A stretch of DNA of 64,000 nt from a virus (Duplodnaviria; Caudoviricetes): positions 101,510 to 165,509 of IMG/VR virus record IMGVR_UViG_3300032239_001501; one strand, given 5' to 3'. Below are positions 39,781 to 50,418 of this stretch, piece after piece. Each line of letters opens with the position of its first letter. The first letter of the stretch is position 1. The notes beneath the pieces were generated by a model, which worked only from the letters and a program-made list of their open reading frames with translations, had not been told where the DNA came from and did no database searches. The position numbers were made by a program, and so were the translations under genes.

Positions 39781-40761
39781 TTATCTTGTTGATCTTGGAG
39801 GAGTTAATCCCCATCCTGTTGTTCTTGATGGAATTGAAACTCTTTCATATGTTTGTTTACGACCTGTTAAAACGTCTATAATATCATCTAAATGATTTTG
39901 ACCTGACCCAACCCCTAAAACTCCACCTGATAATCCTGGCCATTTAGGATACCATTTATTTGCACATGCTTGAACTTTATTTTTCAAGTCAGCAAATTCG
40001 GTATCTTGTAAATTACCTTCACCACCACCTTTATAATCATCCCAATATGTTTGAATAAAATCTTTACAAGTATCTACATCAATTGTCATGTTCGCCGATC
40101 TTTCTTTATATCCTTGAATATTACCGCCTTTTTGTTTTGTCGGATCATACCATACATTTAAACCACTAGGGAATAAAACTTCAAGACCTGGTATTTTTTC
40201 AATATCAGCTTTTTTAAGTCTCTTAGATGTAATATCCCATGGCGATGGATCAATAACATATCCTTGAGCAACTAGTCCGTCAGTGAATTGTTTTTGTTTT
40301 TCCGACATTCCTTCTTGTTCTTTAGCCTTTTTTTCTTCTTCGGCTTTTTTATCGGCAGCAGTTTTAGCGTCGTCTTCCTCGTATAATTTACTACATTTCC
40401 ACGACATTGGTCCTTTTAAAATTTTATTTTCATCTGTATTAAGAATATAAAAATTATATCCACCAAAATTAGTATTAGGTTCGTTTGTATAAATTTTAAC
40501 ATTATCAGGACCGGCATTTACTTTAATTGCAGGCTTATTTCTAAATGTAGTGGTAACCGCAGCAACGCTAGGATTTTTAACGCATTTAGATATTACTTGA
40601 CTCATCGTAAATTTATCTAAAAATATTGGTTCTTGAGCTCGTTGTTCAATCATAAGTCCTTTATTAAGACTTATTTTTTTTTCTTCCAATATTTTTTTGA
40701 AATCTTTATGTTGATTTAAGATTTCATTTTTTTCATTTTCATTAATTAATGTACGTTTCAT
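39781..40761 (-). CDS. Hypothetical (probably virion) protein
   Basis: N-terminal INENEKNEILNQHK motif shared with 47508-48701. Confidence 0.6.
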   Translation of the reverse strand: MKRTLINENEKNEILNQHKDFKKILEEKKISLNKGLMIEQRAQEPIFLDKFTMSQVISKCVKNPSVAAVTTTFRNKPAIKVNAGPDNVKIYTNEPNTNFGGYNFYILNTDENKILKGPMSWKCSKLYEEDDAKTAADKKAEEEKKAKEQEGMSEKQKQFTDGLVAQGYVIDPSPWDITSKRLKKADIEKIPGLEVLFPSGLNVWYDPTKQKGGNIQGYKERSANMTIDVDTCKDFIQTYWDDYKGGGEGNLQDTEFADLKNKVQACANKWYPKWPGLSGGVLGVGSGQNHLDDIIDVLTGRKQTYERVSIPSRTTGWGLTPPRSTR

Positions 40762-40776
40762 ATTTCTTTTTTTTTT

Positions 40777-42054
40777 CTATCCCATTCCTTCTTCAGAATT
40801 AGATTTATCAGATGATTTAACACCAACATAATCTGTTAGGTTACCATTTAAATCTGTAACATCAACATCATTTGTTAATTTTTCAGGTTTTACTGCACCA
40901 CCACATACTTTATCAATAGATGTTTGAGTAATAGATTGTCCATCAACACCTTTAGCGACTAACGCTTGAGATGTTAAAGGTCCAAATGCACCATCTTGTT
41001 TAATATTTAAACATCCTTGTACTCTACTAACTGTTGAGTTCTTACAATACATTGCAATTGGGAATGTTTCAGGACAAAATTTGTATTTGCTAGTTCCTCC
41101 ACCATTATTTGTATTACCAGTACCTTTATCGGTAGAAGAACCTCCACCAATTGTAAATACAGCTCCAGCAATTTCAACTTTAATATTATTTCCATCACAA
41201 GAATATGTACCTTTATATTTTCCATTACCTGTAGTCACTCCATTATGATCTAGTTGAAAAACAAGTCCTCCATTAATATCAGCAATTCTATTACCAACTT
41301 GAGTTCTTGTAATAGTTCCTGATGTTCCACCATTTAATTGTCCCACTTCTTCTTCAGTTAAACTATCTAATAAACATGGACTAACATTAACAACATCTCT
41401 TAAAAAGACATACCAAACAACAGCACTAAAACCACCAATTCCAAGAGCCCATTTTAAAGCACTTTTCCAATTAGCTCGTGAAAAAGATTTTTTAAGTTTT
41501 GTAATCATTCCTGTTTCTTTTGGTGTTGCCTCTTGTTTGATACGTGTTTTACGTGTTACCACCTCCATTCCAGGTTCATGTGTAACAGTTGTTGTTACTT
41601 GACTACCAGGTTTTCCATCTAATTTAGCTTTAATTTCTGCGCTTTTTGTCTTGGCAAAAGCGTCTATTTCGGATTCATTTGGTAAAGTTCCATCAGCCTT
41701 TTTCTTACCTGCAAAAGATTTTGTTTCAGCATCTAATAATCTACCACCAATATCTTGTCTTTGACCTTTTGTTAATTTCCCTGCGGCTACCGCTGAAGAC
41801 AATTCATTTTCAATTGACTTTATTTCTTGTTGAACTGCTTTTGCACTTCTACCACCTCTAGCAAGATTTCCAGCTTCTCTTTCGGCGTTAGCAGCACTTC
41901 TTTCGGCAGAAGTTAAAGAAATAGGAGCTTCCGTTATGTAAGATTTGTACTTATCATTAACACTTTCTTTATTTTCAGATAAAGTTTTTGCGGGTGTATA
42001 ATTCATCATTAATAACACTCTTTCTAAACTTTCTTTTGGATTTAATTTTTCCAT
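40777..42054 (-). CDS. Hypothetical protein with a TM segment and a C-terminal peptidoglycan-binding-like motif
   Basis: VSRVQGCLNIKQDGAFGPLTSQAL resembles PG_binding_1. Confidence 0.6.
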   Translation of the reverse strand: MEKLNPKESLERVLLMMNYTPAKTLSENKESVNDKYKSYITEAPISLTSAERSAANAEREAGNLARGGRSAKAVQQEIKSIENELSSAVAAGKLTKGQRQDIGGRLLDAETKSFAGKKKADGTLPNESEIDAFAKTKSAEIKAKLDGKPGSQVTTTVTHEPGMEVVTRKTRIKQEATPKETGMITKLKKSFSRANWKSALKWALGIGGFSAVVWYVFLRDVVNVSPCLLDSLTEEEVGQLNGGTSGTITRTQVGNRIADINGGLVFQLDHNGVTTGNGKYKGTYSCDGNNIKVEIAGAVFTIGGGSSTDKGTGNTNNGGGTSKYKFCPETFPIAMYCKNSTVSRVQGCLNIKQDGAFGPLTSQALVAKGVDGQSITQTSIDKVCGGAVKPEKLTNDVDVTDLNGNLTDYVGVKSSDKSNSEEGMG

Positions 42055-42071
42055 ATATTTTAATTCTATTT

Positions 42072-43367
42072 TTAAAAATTACCTTTATATTTTGAAGTAA
42101 CACTTGCTGCTAAATTATCTTGAGCGGTTGCCAATTGCGGAGCACCCCCTTTAAGATAATTATAGGCCTTAACACCTCCTTCAATTGCTGGATTAAAAAT
42201 TGCATTTTTTTCAGTTTCATAACGAGCTCCACCAGCAATACCTTGTCTTGCCGCTTGACCTACAGTTTTAACTTCCCCCGTCGTAGCACCTTTTAATGCC
42301 TTACTACCAATACTTTTTAACCCAATACCATTTCCAAATGGTTTTAAAATATTTTCAGCCAACCATGTTTCAGCTTTTCCTAATATTTCCACACCCCATT
42401 TAATACCTAACTTTTCATATAAAAATGTAGCACCGCTTTTTATCCATCCCAAAATAGTTTTAACTCCCTTAACAATAAGATTGCCCATTTGTTTAAATAG
42501 TCCAACAGTTTTTGGGTTTTCAAATCCGGCTTCAATAATTTGTTTTGCGCCTTTACCTTCAACTGCAGTTAAAAATCCTACAGATTCAAGTCCTGCTCTT
42601 GCAGTTTTTAAAAATCCTCCTGAAATAATACCTAAAACATCAAAAATTATATTCATAATACCCCACTCTCCTTTAAAAAATCCTTTATATAAATCCCATA
42701 AAAGCATAATTGCCCATATAATTCCTACTGCAACATTTCCGACTCCTGTAAACTGTAAAAATATTTGAACAGCCACGCCTACTCCACTATAAAGTCCATC
42801 TCTAACTTTTTCCATTACACCACCAATACCATTTTTTTTCACCCATTCAATTCCTTTATTTAAGGTATCTACAGGATGTAAAACAGCATTACCAATACTT
42901 TTTGCAGTACTTGTTGCACCAGTTAAAATATTTTGTCCTGCTTGTTTCCAATTTGATGACGTGTAAAAGTCTTTATTAAAAGGATTATAAGTTTGTTCTA
43001 AAAGTTGTGTTTTTTCTTTAATCCAATCCCATGTTTCTTTTATAACTTGATTTGGATTTAATAATGATTCGTTCAATAATGATGTTCCAAATTTAACTTC
43101 ATATTCCATCATTAATGATAATTTTGTATCAGATTCAAAATACTCAAAAACGTTATATGCTGTTTTTCTTGTAAAAGATGATATTTCACTTAAATCAGAT
43201 TTTAAATTTTGAATCATAAACCCAACATTTTCTCCGATAATGTTAATCAAATCGGAAAAACTTAATTCATTAATGTCAGCATATTGATTGTTAGATCTAT
43301 CAAGGATAGAATTTTCAAGCATCATATACCTTCCATTTTTTGAAACGTAAAAATCTAAATCTTGCAT
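42072..43367 (-). CDS. Hypothetical protein with a hydrophobic Gly-rich helical hairpin
   Basis: GVGVAVQIFLQFTGVGNVAVGIIWAIMLLWD segment. Confidence 0.6.
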   Translation of the reverse strand: MQDLDFYVSKNGRYMMLENSILDRSNNQYADINELSFSDLINIIGENVGFMIQNLKSDLSEISSFTRKTAYNVFEYFESDTKLSLMMEYEVKFGTSLLNESLLNPNQVIKETWDWIKEKTQLLEQTYNPFNKDFYTSSNWKQAGQNILTGATSTAKSIGNAVLHPVDTLNKGIEWVKKNGIGGVMEKVRDGLYSGVGVAVQIFLQFTGVGNVAVGIIWAIMLLWDLYKGFFKGEWGIMNIIFDVLGIISGGFLKTARAGLESVGFLTAVEGKGAKQIIEAGFENPKTVGLFKQMGNLIVKGVKTILGWIKSGATFLYEKLGIKWGVEILGKAETWLAENILKPFGNGIGLKSIGSKALKGATTGEVKTVGQAARQGIAGGARYETEKNAIFNPAIEGGVKAYNYLKGGAPQLATAQDNLAASVTSKYKGNF

Positions 43368-43395
43368 AATAGTTTATTTTATAAATATATCGTTT

Positions 43396-43713
43396 TTAGT
43401 AATCGGAACCACCTGTTTTACCCATTTGTCTTCCTGATGTCCATTGATAATGAGGATCATTCATATATGTCTTTCCAAAAGTTCTTCCGCTCTCCCATTT
43501 ATATCCTGGTCCACCATATGTTTTTCCCATAGTTCTTCCACTTTCCCACTTTTTAGGTGTTTTACCTGTGCTAGCAGCCCCACCTGCTGCCGGAGCATCT
43601 GAAGGAGATGCAGGGGCTGCAGCAGGAGCATCTTGTTCTCCTATTTCACCAACATTTTTTTTGCCGGTATATTTTTTAAAAAAATCAATCAAAAAATCCA
43701 CATCTAAAGTCAT
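43396..43713 (-). CDS. Small protein with W(E/T)SGRxxGKT repeats
   Basis: Three tandem 17-18-aa repeats. Confidence 0.6.
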   Translation of the reverse strand: MTLDVDFLIDFFKKYTGKKNVGEIGEQDAPAAAPASPSDAPAAGGAASTGKTPKKWESGRTMGKTYGGPGYKWESGRTFGKTYMNDPHYQWTSGRQMGKTGGSDY

Positions 43714-43759
43714 ACAAATAAATATTTTTTATTTCAGTAAAAACCCATACCTTTGTGAT

Positions 43760-44311
43760 ATGAATAAACTTACTTCTTTTTTAATAATTATATTACTTTT
43801 TACTTCTTGTGAAAAGTATACTACAAATGTTAGTGATTTAACTTTAAGTGGAAAATATGTTGTCAGTAAAATGACAATCATAACTACATCACATGCGGTT
43901 ATGAAAGATAGTACCTATCTATCTAATGCTGTTTTTCGTGATTCAATGTTACCACATCCATTTAATAACATAAAAGTTAATGACTTTTATTTACATTTTG
44001 ACTACGCATCAATTAGAATGAATTGGATAAAGAGAACAACTACAGGTTCATTAAGAGATATGTGGGAATATGGTGAATCACCAAATGAGATATTCTACAA
44101 TAGAATTCCTTATAGTTATAACGCGTATGACTTAGGTAAAATTCAATTTGACTATAAACCAATTAATGAAAAATCATACAGAAGGATAACCCTACACGTT
44201 GATAGTGATTTGCCTGAAAGTTTACAATTATCTGGACTTGATTTTGCGCCATACGGAAAAAATGGTCCTGAATATAAAATCATATTCAGCCTAACCCGTA
44301 CTGGGCCTTAA
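43760..44311 (+). CDS. Lipoprotein
   Basis: MNKLTSFLIIILLFTSCEK lipobox; TACCTTTG promoter box just upstream. Confidence 0.7.
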   Translation: MNKLTSFLIIILLFTSCEKYTTNVSDLTLSGKYVVSKMTIITTSHAVMKDSTYLSNAVFRDSMLPHPFNNIKVNDFYLHFDYASIRMNWIKRTTTGSLRDMWEYGESPNEIFYNRIPYSYNAYDLGKIQFDYKPINEKSYRRITLHVDSDLPESLQLSGLDFAPYGKNGPEYKIIFSLTRTGP

Positions 44312-44610
44312 TAAAATTCTGATTTAGGTAAAGATTTTTCATTAATTGTGTAATATTCATTAAGAAAAGAAATAAGTTCATCTTCATCAAGTTCTATCTT
44401 ATCTTCTTCAATAATTAAATCATCTTCAATGTCTTCACTAAAAAAATTAAAAGATTCTGTCTCTAATTCAAAACCATATTCCGAAACAACAGAATAATCA
44501 ATACTATCAGTTCTTAAAACATCTTCTTCATCATCAATAGTTCTAAATGACACTTCTAAAATATTTGAATCGTTATTTAAAAAATAACTTACAATTTCTT
44601 TAATTTCCAT
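44308..44610 (-). CDS. Acidic hypothetical protein
   Basis: 100-aa ORF. Confidence 0.55.
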   Translation of the reverse strand: MEIKEIVSYFLNNDSNILEVSFRTIDDEEDVLRTDSIDYSVVSEYGFELETESFNFFSEDIEDDLIIEEDKIELDEDELISFLNEYYTINEKSLPKSEFY

Positions 44611-44726
44611 AATTAAACAATTTATAAAGAAATAGTTTAAAACGAAGCAAAATCCATAAAAATATTTAATTTAATCATTTTTTTTTATTATTTTGTGTTT
44701 TATACTTATGAATATAAAGAAAATAT

Positions 44727-45308
44727 ATGAGATTTAATTCACTTATCATTGATGATTTTTATTCTAATCCTATGGATGTTAGAGAATTTGCACTAAAACA
44801 AGATTATGCTGTTAGAGGAAATTATCCAGGGCAAAGAACTGTGTCATTTTTAACTGATGATATTAAATCAAAATTAAGAGATATTTTATATCCTTTCGCA
44901 GGAGAAGTTACTGATTGGGGTGGTGAATATACGGGGTCTTTTCAATATACGACAGCAAATGATAGGTCTTGGATTCATTCAGATTCAACAACTGATTGGG
45001 CGGCAGTTTGTTATCTAACACCTAATGCTCCTGTAAGTGCTGGAACAGGGATTTTTCGTCATAAAGAAACAGGATGGATGACTTATGATTATAAAAGACA
45101 ACATGATGAAATTTATAATAAACTAGCTCCTCCAGGTCATGATATGCAAGATTATACTAAATGGGAAATGGTAGATAGAGTTGGAAACATATTTAACCGA
45201 TTAATTATGTATAGAGCAGATAACTATCACGTTTCTTTAGATTACTTTGGTAAGGATATTAATGACGGAAGATTATTTCAAGTATTCTTTTTTAATACAG
45301 AAAATTAA
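44727..45308 (+). CDS. 2OG-Fe(II) oxygenase-like protein (DUF6445-like)
   Basis: IIDDFY, HSD, AAVCYL, NRLIMY....H and RLFQVFF motifs. Confidence 0.75.
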   Translation: MRFNSLIIDDFYSNPMDVREFALKQDYAVRGNYPGQRTVSFLTDDIKSKLRDILYPFAGEVTDWGGEYTGSFQYTTANDRSWIHSDSTTDWAAVCYLTPNAPVSAGTGIFRHKETGWMTYDYKRQHDEIYNKLAPPGHDMQDYTKWEMVDRVGNIFNRLIMYRADNYHVSLDYFGKDINDGRLFQVFFFNTEN

Positions 45309-45727
45309 TCCAATTTAACATTTAAAATGAATTTAGGATCTAATTGAAATATTAAATCAATTAACCCTTCTTTACAATAACAAGAATTTTTATCGTAGCT
45401 AGAATTGATTTTTATTCTTTTCTTAAATCCAACAAAAAGTGGATAAAATATTGATTTTCCATCGGAATCTTTTCTCCATAACTGATATGGAGAAATATCT
45501 AAATTCATTAAAAAATCAACCGAATCTTTATCGTTATACGACTCAAAATAAGGAATATCAATATATGATAACACATCTCTTAATGTGTGCACATCATCAT
45601 GGTCTTCAAAAAATGAAAATATTTCAAAAGGGTAATCTTCTTCTCTACTAATAAAATTCCATATGAAATATTCATTTTCATTTGCAATTCTTTCGTAATC
45701 TTGTATTGTAACTTTTTCTCTTATCAT
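45305..45727 (-). CDS. Hypothetical protein
   Basis: Coupled to the upstream oxygenase. Confidence 0.5.
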   Translation of the reverse strand: MIREKVTIQDYERIANENEYFIWNFISREEDYPFEIFSFFEDHDDVHTLRDVLSYIDIPYFESYNDKDSVDFLMNLDISPYQLWRKDSDGKSIFYPLFVGFKKRIKINSSYDKNSCYCKEGLIDLIFQLDPKFILNVKLD

Positions 45728-46323
45728 TATCTTAAATTTGCTCCACAAAGCCATGTAACCAAAGAAGTTCTAACTCCTGAAGTTATGGGTGTAACTCTAT
45801 GTAATACAAAAGAAGGAAAAAAACAAATTAATCCAACTTCTTTTTTTACTGAAATTATTGATCCACCCGGATTTAATTGTAATTCACCACCCTCATATTC
45901 ACCAGGATCTGAAAGTTGTAAGACACATGATAATTTTCTATTTGAAATTCCAGGTCCTAAATCCGCATGCCAGTCATAATGACCTCCATCTCCATAATAT
46001 GTTGTATATTGCAAATCATCATGATATCCCCAAATATCAAAATTCCACATTTCTTTATTTGCTGTTTTTGCCAAACCAGAAATTTTTTCATATAACCAAG
46101 AGGTATCATCATTATCTGGAATCCACCCAACTTCACTTTTTCTAATATCTGTTATTACACCACCAGATACTCCATCTCCAACTGATGCGTTTTGTTTTGG
46201 TAGTTTACTTGCAATTTCAGTAATTTTACCTAATTCGTTAAATGTGAATGCTGAGGTAAAATAATAATAATTAAAATGATTTATATTATTTCTTTGGTCT
46301 TGAATAAAATATTTTGATGACAT
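45727..46323 (-). CDS. 2OG-Fe(II) oxygenase (PKHD/prolyl-hydroxylase type)
   Basis: YDWHAD, RKLS, YEGGEL, FPSFVLHRVTPITSGVR. Confidence 0.9.
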   Translation of the reverse strand: MSSKYFIQDQRNNINHFNYYYFTSAFTFNELGKITEIASKLPKQNASVGDGVSGGVITDIRKSEVGWIPDNDDTSWLYEKISGLAKTANKEMWNFDIWGYHDDLQYTTYYGDGGHYDWHADLGPGISNRKLSCVLQLSDPGEYEGGELQLNPGGSIISVKKEVGLICFFPSFVLHRVTPITSGVRTSLVTWLCGANLR

Positions 46324-46379
46324 AATTTAATTTTTAGTTATATTAATAATAAATAAATTTATTATAGTTATCAATATAA

Positions 46380-47495
46380 ATGGATAAAAACTTTAAGATA
46401 TTTGATTCGGTAATTTTTGAATATGATTTGGAAATGATAATGTTCCGATTTGAAGAAGTTGGTTCTTTGGTGGATTACATGATTATTTTAGAATCTAAAT
46501 CAGATTTAGATGGTAATGAAAAAAAATTATTATTTAAAGAAAATTTAAATCTTTTCAAAAAATGGGAAGATAAAATAATATTACTTGAGTGGTTTCCAAA
46601 AGATACTGACACAAATAATCAAGAACGTATGGTTTCTTGTTGTGAGTATTTTACAAAAACTTTATTATCCACATGTGAAAATTTTGAAGATGTTATTTTT
46701 TTATCTAACACTAACGAATTACCAAATTATAGAGATATAGATGAAATTATTGATAATCTTAGTTATAATTCACTTTATTTATCTCACGATAATTTTGTTT
46801 GGAATATTGACCACCTATCCAAAAAAAAATCTTTCGGATCTTTTTGTTTAAAGTTCACAAATTTAATACGAAATAAAAAAATATTAACTAATTTCTACAC
46901 CAATTCTACAATTGATACCATTTTACCTGAAGAATCAATTAAAAATGGGTGGAAATTTACAAAATTCACACATACTAATAATGTAGACAATTCTCATCTT
47001 AAAGAAAATTTACTTCCAGATGAAAAAATATCTCCAGTAACAACATACATGTTAAAATTAAAAGATAATACAATTGAATTACCTATAAATTATAATTTAT
47101 TACCTTATAATAAAATTGGAAGAGGCTACGCTAAAAAACATTTATTTCTCATTGATAATACCAGTGATAAATTAATTGAATTTTGGGAAAAAGAATATGA
47201 TACAACATCTATTATAGATTTTGGCAATAATTTAAATGAAATTTTTGCAACTCCCATTACTTGTAAAACAACAATTAGTAATTTATTCATCCCAAATAAA
47301 GTATTATATGGGAACAAATCTTTGGAAGAATTTCAAGAAAATTATAAAAAAAATGAAATTAAAAAAATAATACACACAGTATTTCCTCAAGACCAAGATA
47401 TTATTAAAATTATTTATAATAATATTAGTTATGTTGACTTATGGTCAAATTTAAAAAATGAACAATTATCCGAAATAATAAACCCCTCGTCTTAG
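46380..47495 (+). CDS. GT17-like glycosyltransferase-related protein (possibly degenerate)
   Basis: KIFDSVIF..DLEM..RFEE..LVDYMIILES N-terminus; SNTNELP where SDxDEIP is typical. Confidence 0.5.
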   Translation: MDKNFKIFDSVIFEYDLEMIMFRFEEVGSLVDYMIILESKSDLDGNEKKLLFKENLNLFKKWEDKIILLEWFPKDTDTNNQERMVSCCEYFTKTLLSTCENFEDVIFLSNTNELPNYRDIDEIIDNLSYNSLYLSHDNFVWNIDHLSKKKSFGSFCLKFTNLIRNKKILTNFYTNSTIDTILPEESIKNGWKFTKFTHTNNVDNSHLKENLLPDEKISPVTTYMLKLKDNTIELPINYNLLPYNKIGRGYAKKHLFLIDNTSDKLIEFWEKEYDTTSIIDFGNNLNEIFATPITCKTTISNLFIPNKVLYGNKSLEEFQENYKKNEIKKIIHTVFPQDQDIIKIIYNNISYVDLWSNLKNEQLSEIINPSS

Positions 47496-47507
47496 GAGGG
47501 GTTTTTG

Positions 47508-48701
47508 TTATTTTATAATTTTCATTCTATTCATCATTTCCATAATTCTATTTTTTTGGGTGATTAAAGATTCTTTTATGTCTTCATCAACTCCTCCAAA
47601 TTCATCATCTCCTGTATAATCTGTAATTTCTTCCCATGATTTTTCTCTTGGGTCAAATTCATCAAAATCAATATCTAATTCACCATCTTCCAAATCTTTA
47701 TCTGCCATTTTCTTTTTAAATTTTTCAAAAGATTTTCCTAAATCAACATTTGGTCTAAATTCATGTTTATTTCTTCTTTGATAAGGCCCTGCTGGCCCTG
47801 CACCACCACTATCAAAATCATATGCTGGTTCCATATCCGCATATATTCCTTGAGACCCTGATACATCAACTTCATCTAATTCTTTATCTTCCAAAGCGGA
47901 TTCCATTTGTTCAAGATTATCACTTTTTAATTCAATATCTGAATCCATATTAATCAAATCGTCAAAACTTTCTTCTTCATCCATCCAAGCAGATTCCATT
48001 GTGTCGTAAGTAATTTCAGGGTCATCCATATTTCCTTCTTCAGTTACAGGATAAACATCTCCGCCAGAATTAAACTTAAAAGCAGTATTAACATCATCTA
48101 CATCCATATCTGCAGCATTACCACCTTGTTCATCCATTTCACCATCTTCATATAACTTTTTATGCATTCCTTCAAAAGTATCAACATCATTTGATGGTCC
48201 TTCAATATAATCAAACCCTGCTGTTGGGTCAAAATCTTCTACATTATAAATGTCATCTAAATGACCAGTTTCTTCTTCCATATAACTTGAACCACATTCA
48301 TTACAAACGCCTTCATCCATCATTCCACCACATTCACAATGTTCTCCTTCTTCCAATCTTGTATATTGTGGATCACCATCTTGCCAATGTTCATCCATAT
48401 TCCCTTTCCATCCACATTCATTACAAACACCTTCTTCCATATAACCTGAACCACATTCATTACAAACTTTAGATTTCTTTACCTGTTCATTAATTCCAAA
48501 GTTTGTATAATGTTTAACTTCACCTTTATTGTTAACAGTAATGCCATTTTTATCATTGGCATAATCTTGAACATATAATGGTTGTGTATTTGAAACTTGT
48601 GGTAACATTGATTTATATCCGTTATAAACTTGTTTGTGTTGGTCTAAAATATCAGATTTTTCTGATGGTGATAATTGACCTAATCCAAAATATCCTCTCA
48701 T
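47508..48701 (-). CDS. Acidic protein with CxxC (CNECG) repeats
   Basis: Four CxECG repeats; EKSDILDQHK N-terminal motif. Confidence 0.65.
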   Translation of the reverse strand: MRGYFGLGQLSPSEKSDILDQHKQVYNGYKSMLPQVSNTQPLYVQDYANDKNGITVNNKGEVKHYTNFGINEQVKKSKVCNECGSGYMEEGVCNECGWKGNMDEHWQDGDPQYTRLEEGEHCECGGMMDEGVCNECGSSYMEEETGHLDDIYNVEDFDPTAGFDYIEGPSNDVDTFEGMHKKLYEDGEMDEQGGNAADMDVDDVNTAFKFNSGGDVYPVTEEGNMDDPEITYDTMESAWMDEEESFDDLINMDSDIELKSDNLEQMESALEDKELDEVDVSGSQGIYADMEPAYDFDSGGAGPAGPYQRRNKHEFRPNVDLGKSFEKFKKKMADKDLEDGELDIDFDEFDPREKSWEEITDYTGDDEFGGVDEDIKESLITQKNRIMEMMNRMKIIK

Positions 48702-48862
48702 AATTATTATTTTATATAAATACTTCTAATTTTACGTTTTTATTATTTTACATTTTTATAAATTAAATCTATATTTTAAAAACAAGTGAGGTTCATATTC
48801 ATTTGATAGTATCTTGGTAATTTACTTTCGCCATGAACATGAATCCACTTGTCTTTTATTTT

Positions 48863-49117
48863 ATGACTATAAGTAATGACGATATTAATGAATTTGCGGA
48901 AGGTGCCGTTATTTTAGACGGTCTTGATGACGCAATTATTGGAATTGTTGAAGAATTTGGAAACGGACCTCGTATTTTATATTCCAAAGACAAAATACTC
49001 ACAATTTTATGTGAGAGAGATGGTATGTCCATTGAAGAAGCTGAAGAATTTTATGGATATAATATTGTCGGTCTTTATGCTGGTGAACAAAATGCCGTTT
49101 TTTTAGTTTCAGAATAA
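48863..49117 (+). CDS. Small phage hypothetical protein
   Basis: LDGLDDAIIG...GMSIEEAEEFYGYNIVGLYAGEQ. Confidence 0.65.
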   Translation: MTISNDDINEFAEGAVILDGLDDAIIGIVEEFGNGPRILYSKDKILTILCERDGMSIEEAEEFYGYNIVGLYAGEQNAVFLVSE

Positions 49118-49133
49118 TTCTTATCTTTGCTTT

Positions 49134-49793
49134 ATGATAAAGATAGACCAAGATAACCTCACAAACGTGTGGATAACTTCCGACACACATTTTTCCCACA
49201 AGAACATATGTAGGGGAGTTACTGCTTGGAGAACCCAAGAAGGTGAAATACCTATGTCTCAAACTCGTGACTTTTCAACCATAGAAAAAATGAACGCAGC
49301 AATTGTTAACAACATTAACGAAAGTGTTGGACAAGATGATATATTAATTCACCTTGGCGATTGGTCTTTTGGCGGATATGAACAAATACGTGAATTTTGG
49401 GATAGACTTATATGTAAAAATATATATTTAATACTTGGAAATCATGATCATCATATTGAAAACAATAGAGATGGGTCTCAAGGGTTATTTAAATCTGTGT
49501 CTCATTACAATACACTTGAAATAGGTCAATTTAAGTTTCGTTTGATGCATTACCCAATAAGTTCTTGGGATGGTCTTAATAAAGGTGTAATGCACTTACA
49601 CGGTCACTGTCATCTTCCAACTCATATGAGGTTTGGTAGAGGTCAAAGAATGGATGTAGGTATGGATGGTCACCCTGAATTTAGACCATACAATGTATAC
49701 AGAGAAGTTGTACCTTTGTTAAGACATAGAGAAAAACTATCTGAAATGCCAAATGACCATCACGTAGAAAGATTAATAAATTCGGATAAATAA
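49134..49793 (+). CDS. Calcineurin-like metallophosphoesterase
   Basis: SDTH, LGD, GNHD, HYP and HGHCH motifs. Confidence 0.9.
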   Translation: MIKIDQDNLTNVWITSDTHFSHKNICRGVTAWRTQEGEIPMSQTRDFSTIEKMNAAIVNNINESVGQDDILIHLGDWSFGGYEQIREFWDRLICKNIYLILGNHDHHIENNRDGSQGLFKSVSHYNTLEIGQFKFRLMHYPISSWDGLNKGVMHLHGHCHLPTHMRFGRGQRMDVGMDGHPEFRPYNVYREVVPLLRHREKLSEMPNDHHVERLINSDK

Positions 49794-50203
49794 TGAAAAA
49801 TTTGTATATTATTAGGGGATTACCAGGAGCTGGTAAATCTACAGTTGCCAAATCTTTAGGAAAATCTTGGCAAATATTTGAGGCTGACCAATTCTTTATG
49901 AAAAATGGTAAGTATGAATTTGATGAATCAAAATTAAAAGATGCTCATAATTGGTGTAAAAGAAAAGTTCATAATGCAATGCATCCAGGTTTGGTAAATT
50001 CATTATTTTTCACTAATATTGTAATATCTAACACATTTACTCAGGAATGGGAGATGAAATTTTATCAAATAATTGCAAAAAAATACGGATACAGAGTTCA
50101 CACAATTATTGTAGAAAATAGACGTGGTGGAGTTAATACTCATGGAGTTCCTGAAGAAAAAGTAGAACAAATGAAAGAAAGATTTCAAATAAAATTAAAA
50201 TAA
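49793..50203 (+). CDS. P-loop kinase (AAA_33 / polynucleotide-kinase-like)
   Basis: RGLPGAGKST, EAD, SNTF and HGVP motifs. Confidence 0.8.
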   Translation: MKNLYIIRGLPGAGKSTVAKSLGKSWQIFEADQFFMKNGKYEFDESKLKDAHNWCKRKVHNAMHPGLVNSLFFTNIVISNTFTQEWEMKFYQIIAKKYGYRVHTIIVENRRGGVNTHGVPEEKVEQMKERFQIKLK

Positions 50204-50211
50204 AAACAAAC

Positions 50212-50418
50212 ATGCAAACATTAGTATTCAACACAACAACAAAATCAGTTAAAGTAACTGAAGGCGATAATTTAACAATATTATTTCAATATGAAAATGT
50301 TCCAACAGTAAAAGTATTGGACGCATTTTATGAAGTAATGCAAAAAGATGAATTTGGTAAATCAACTCCTGTATTACGTCTCCCAATTGCAAACACAAAT
50401 ATGGTTATTAAACAATAA
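50212..50418 (+). CDS. Hypothetical protein
   Basis: 68-aa ORF between kinase and ligase. Confidence 0.55.
   Translation: MQTLVFNTTTKSVKVTEGDNLTILFQYENVPTVKVLDAFYEVMQKDEFGKSTPVLRLPIANTNMVIKQ

Noticed and set aside
43568-43759. N-terminal extension of ORF 43568-44311
   Set aside because: Overlaps the opposite-strand gene; the lipoprotein signal and promoter box support a start at 43760
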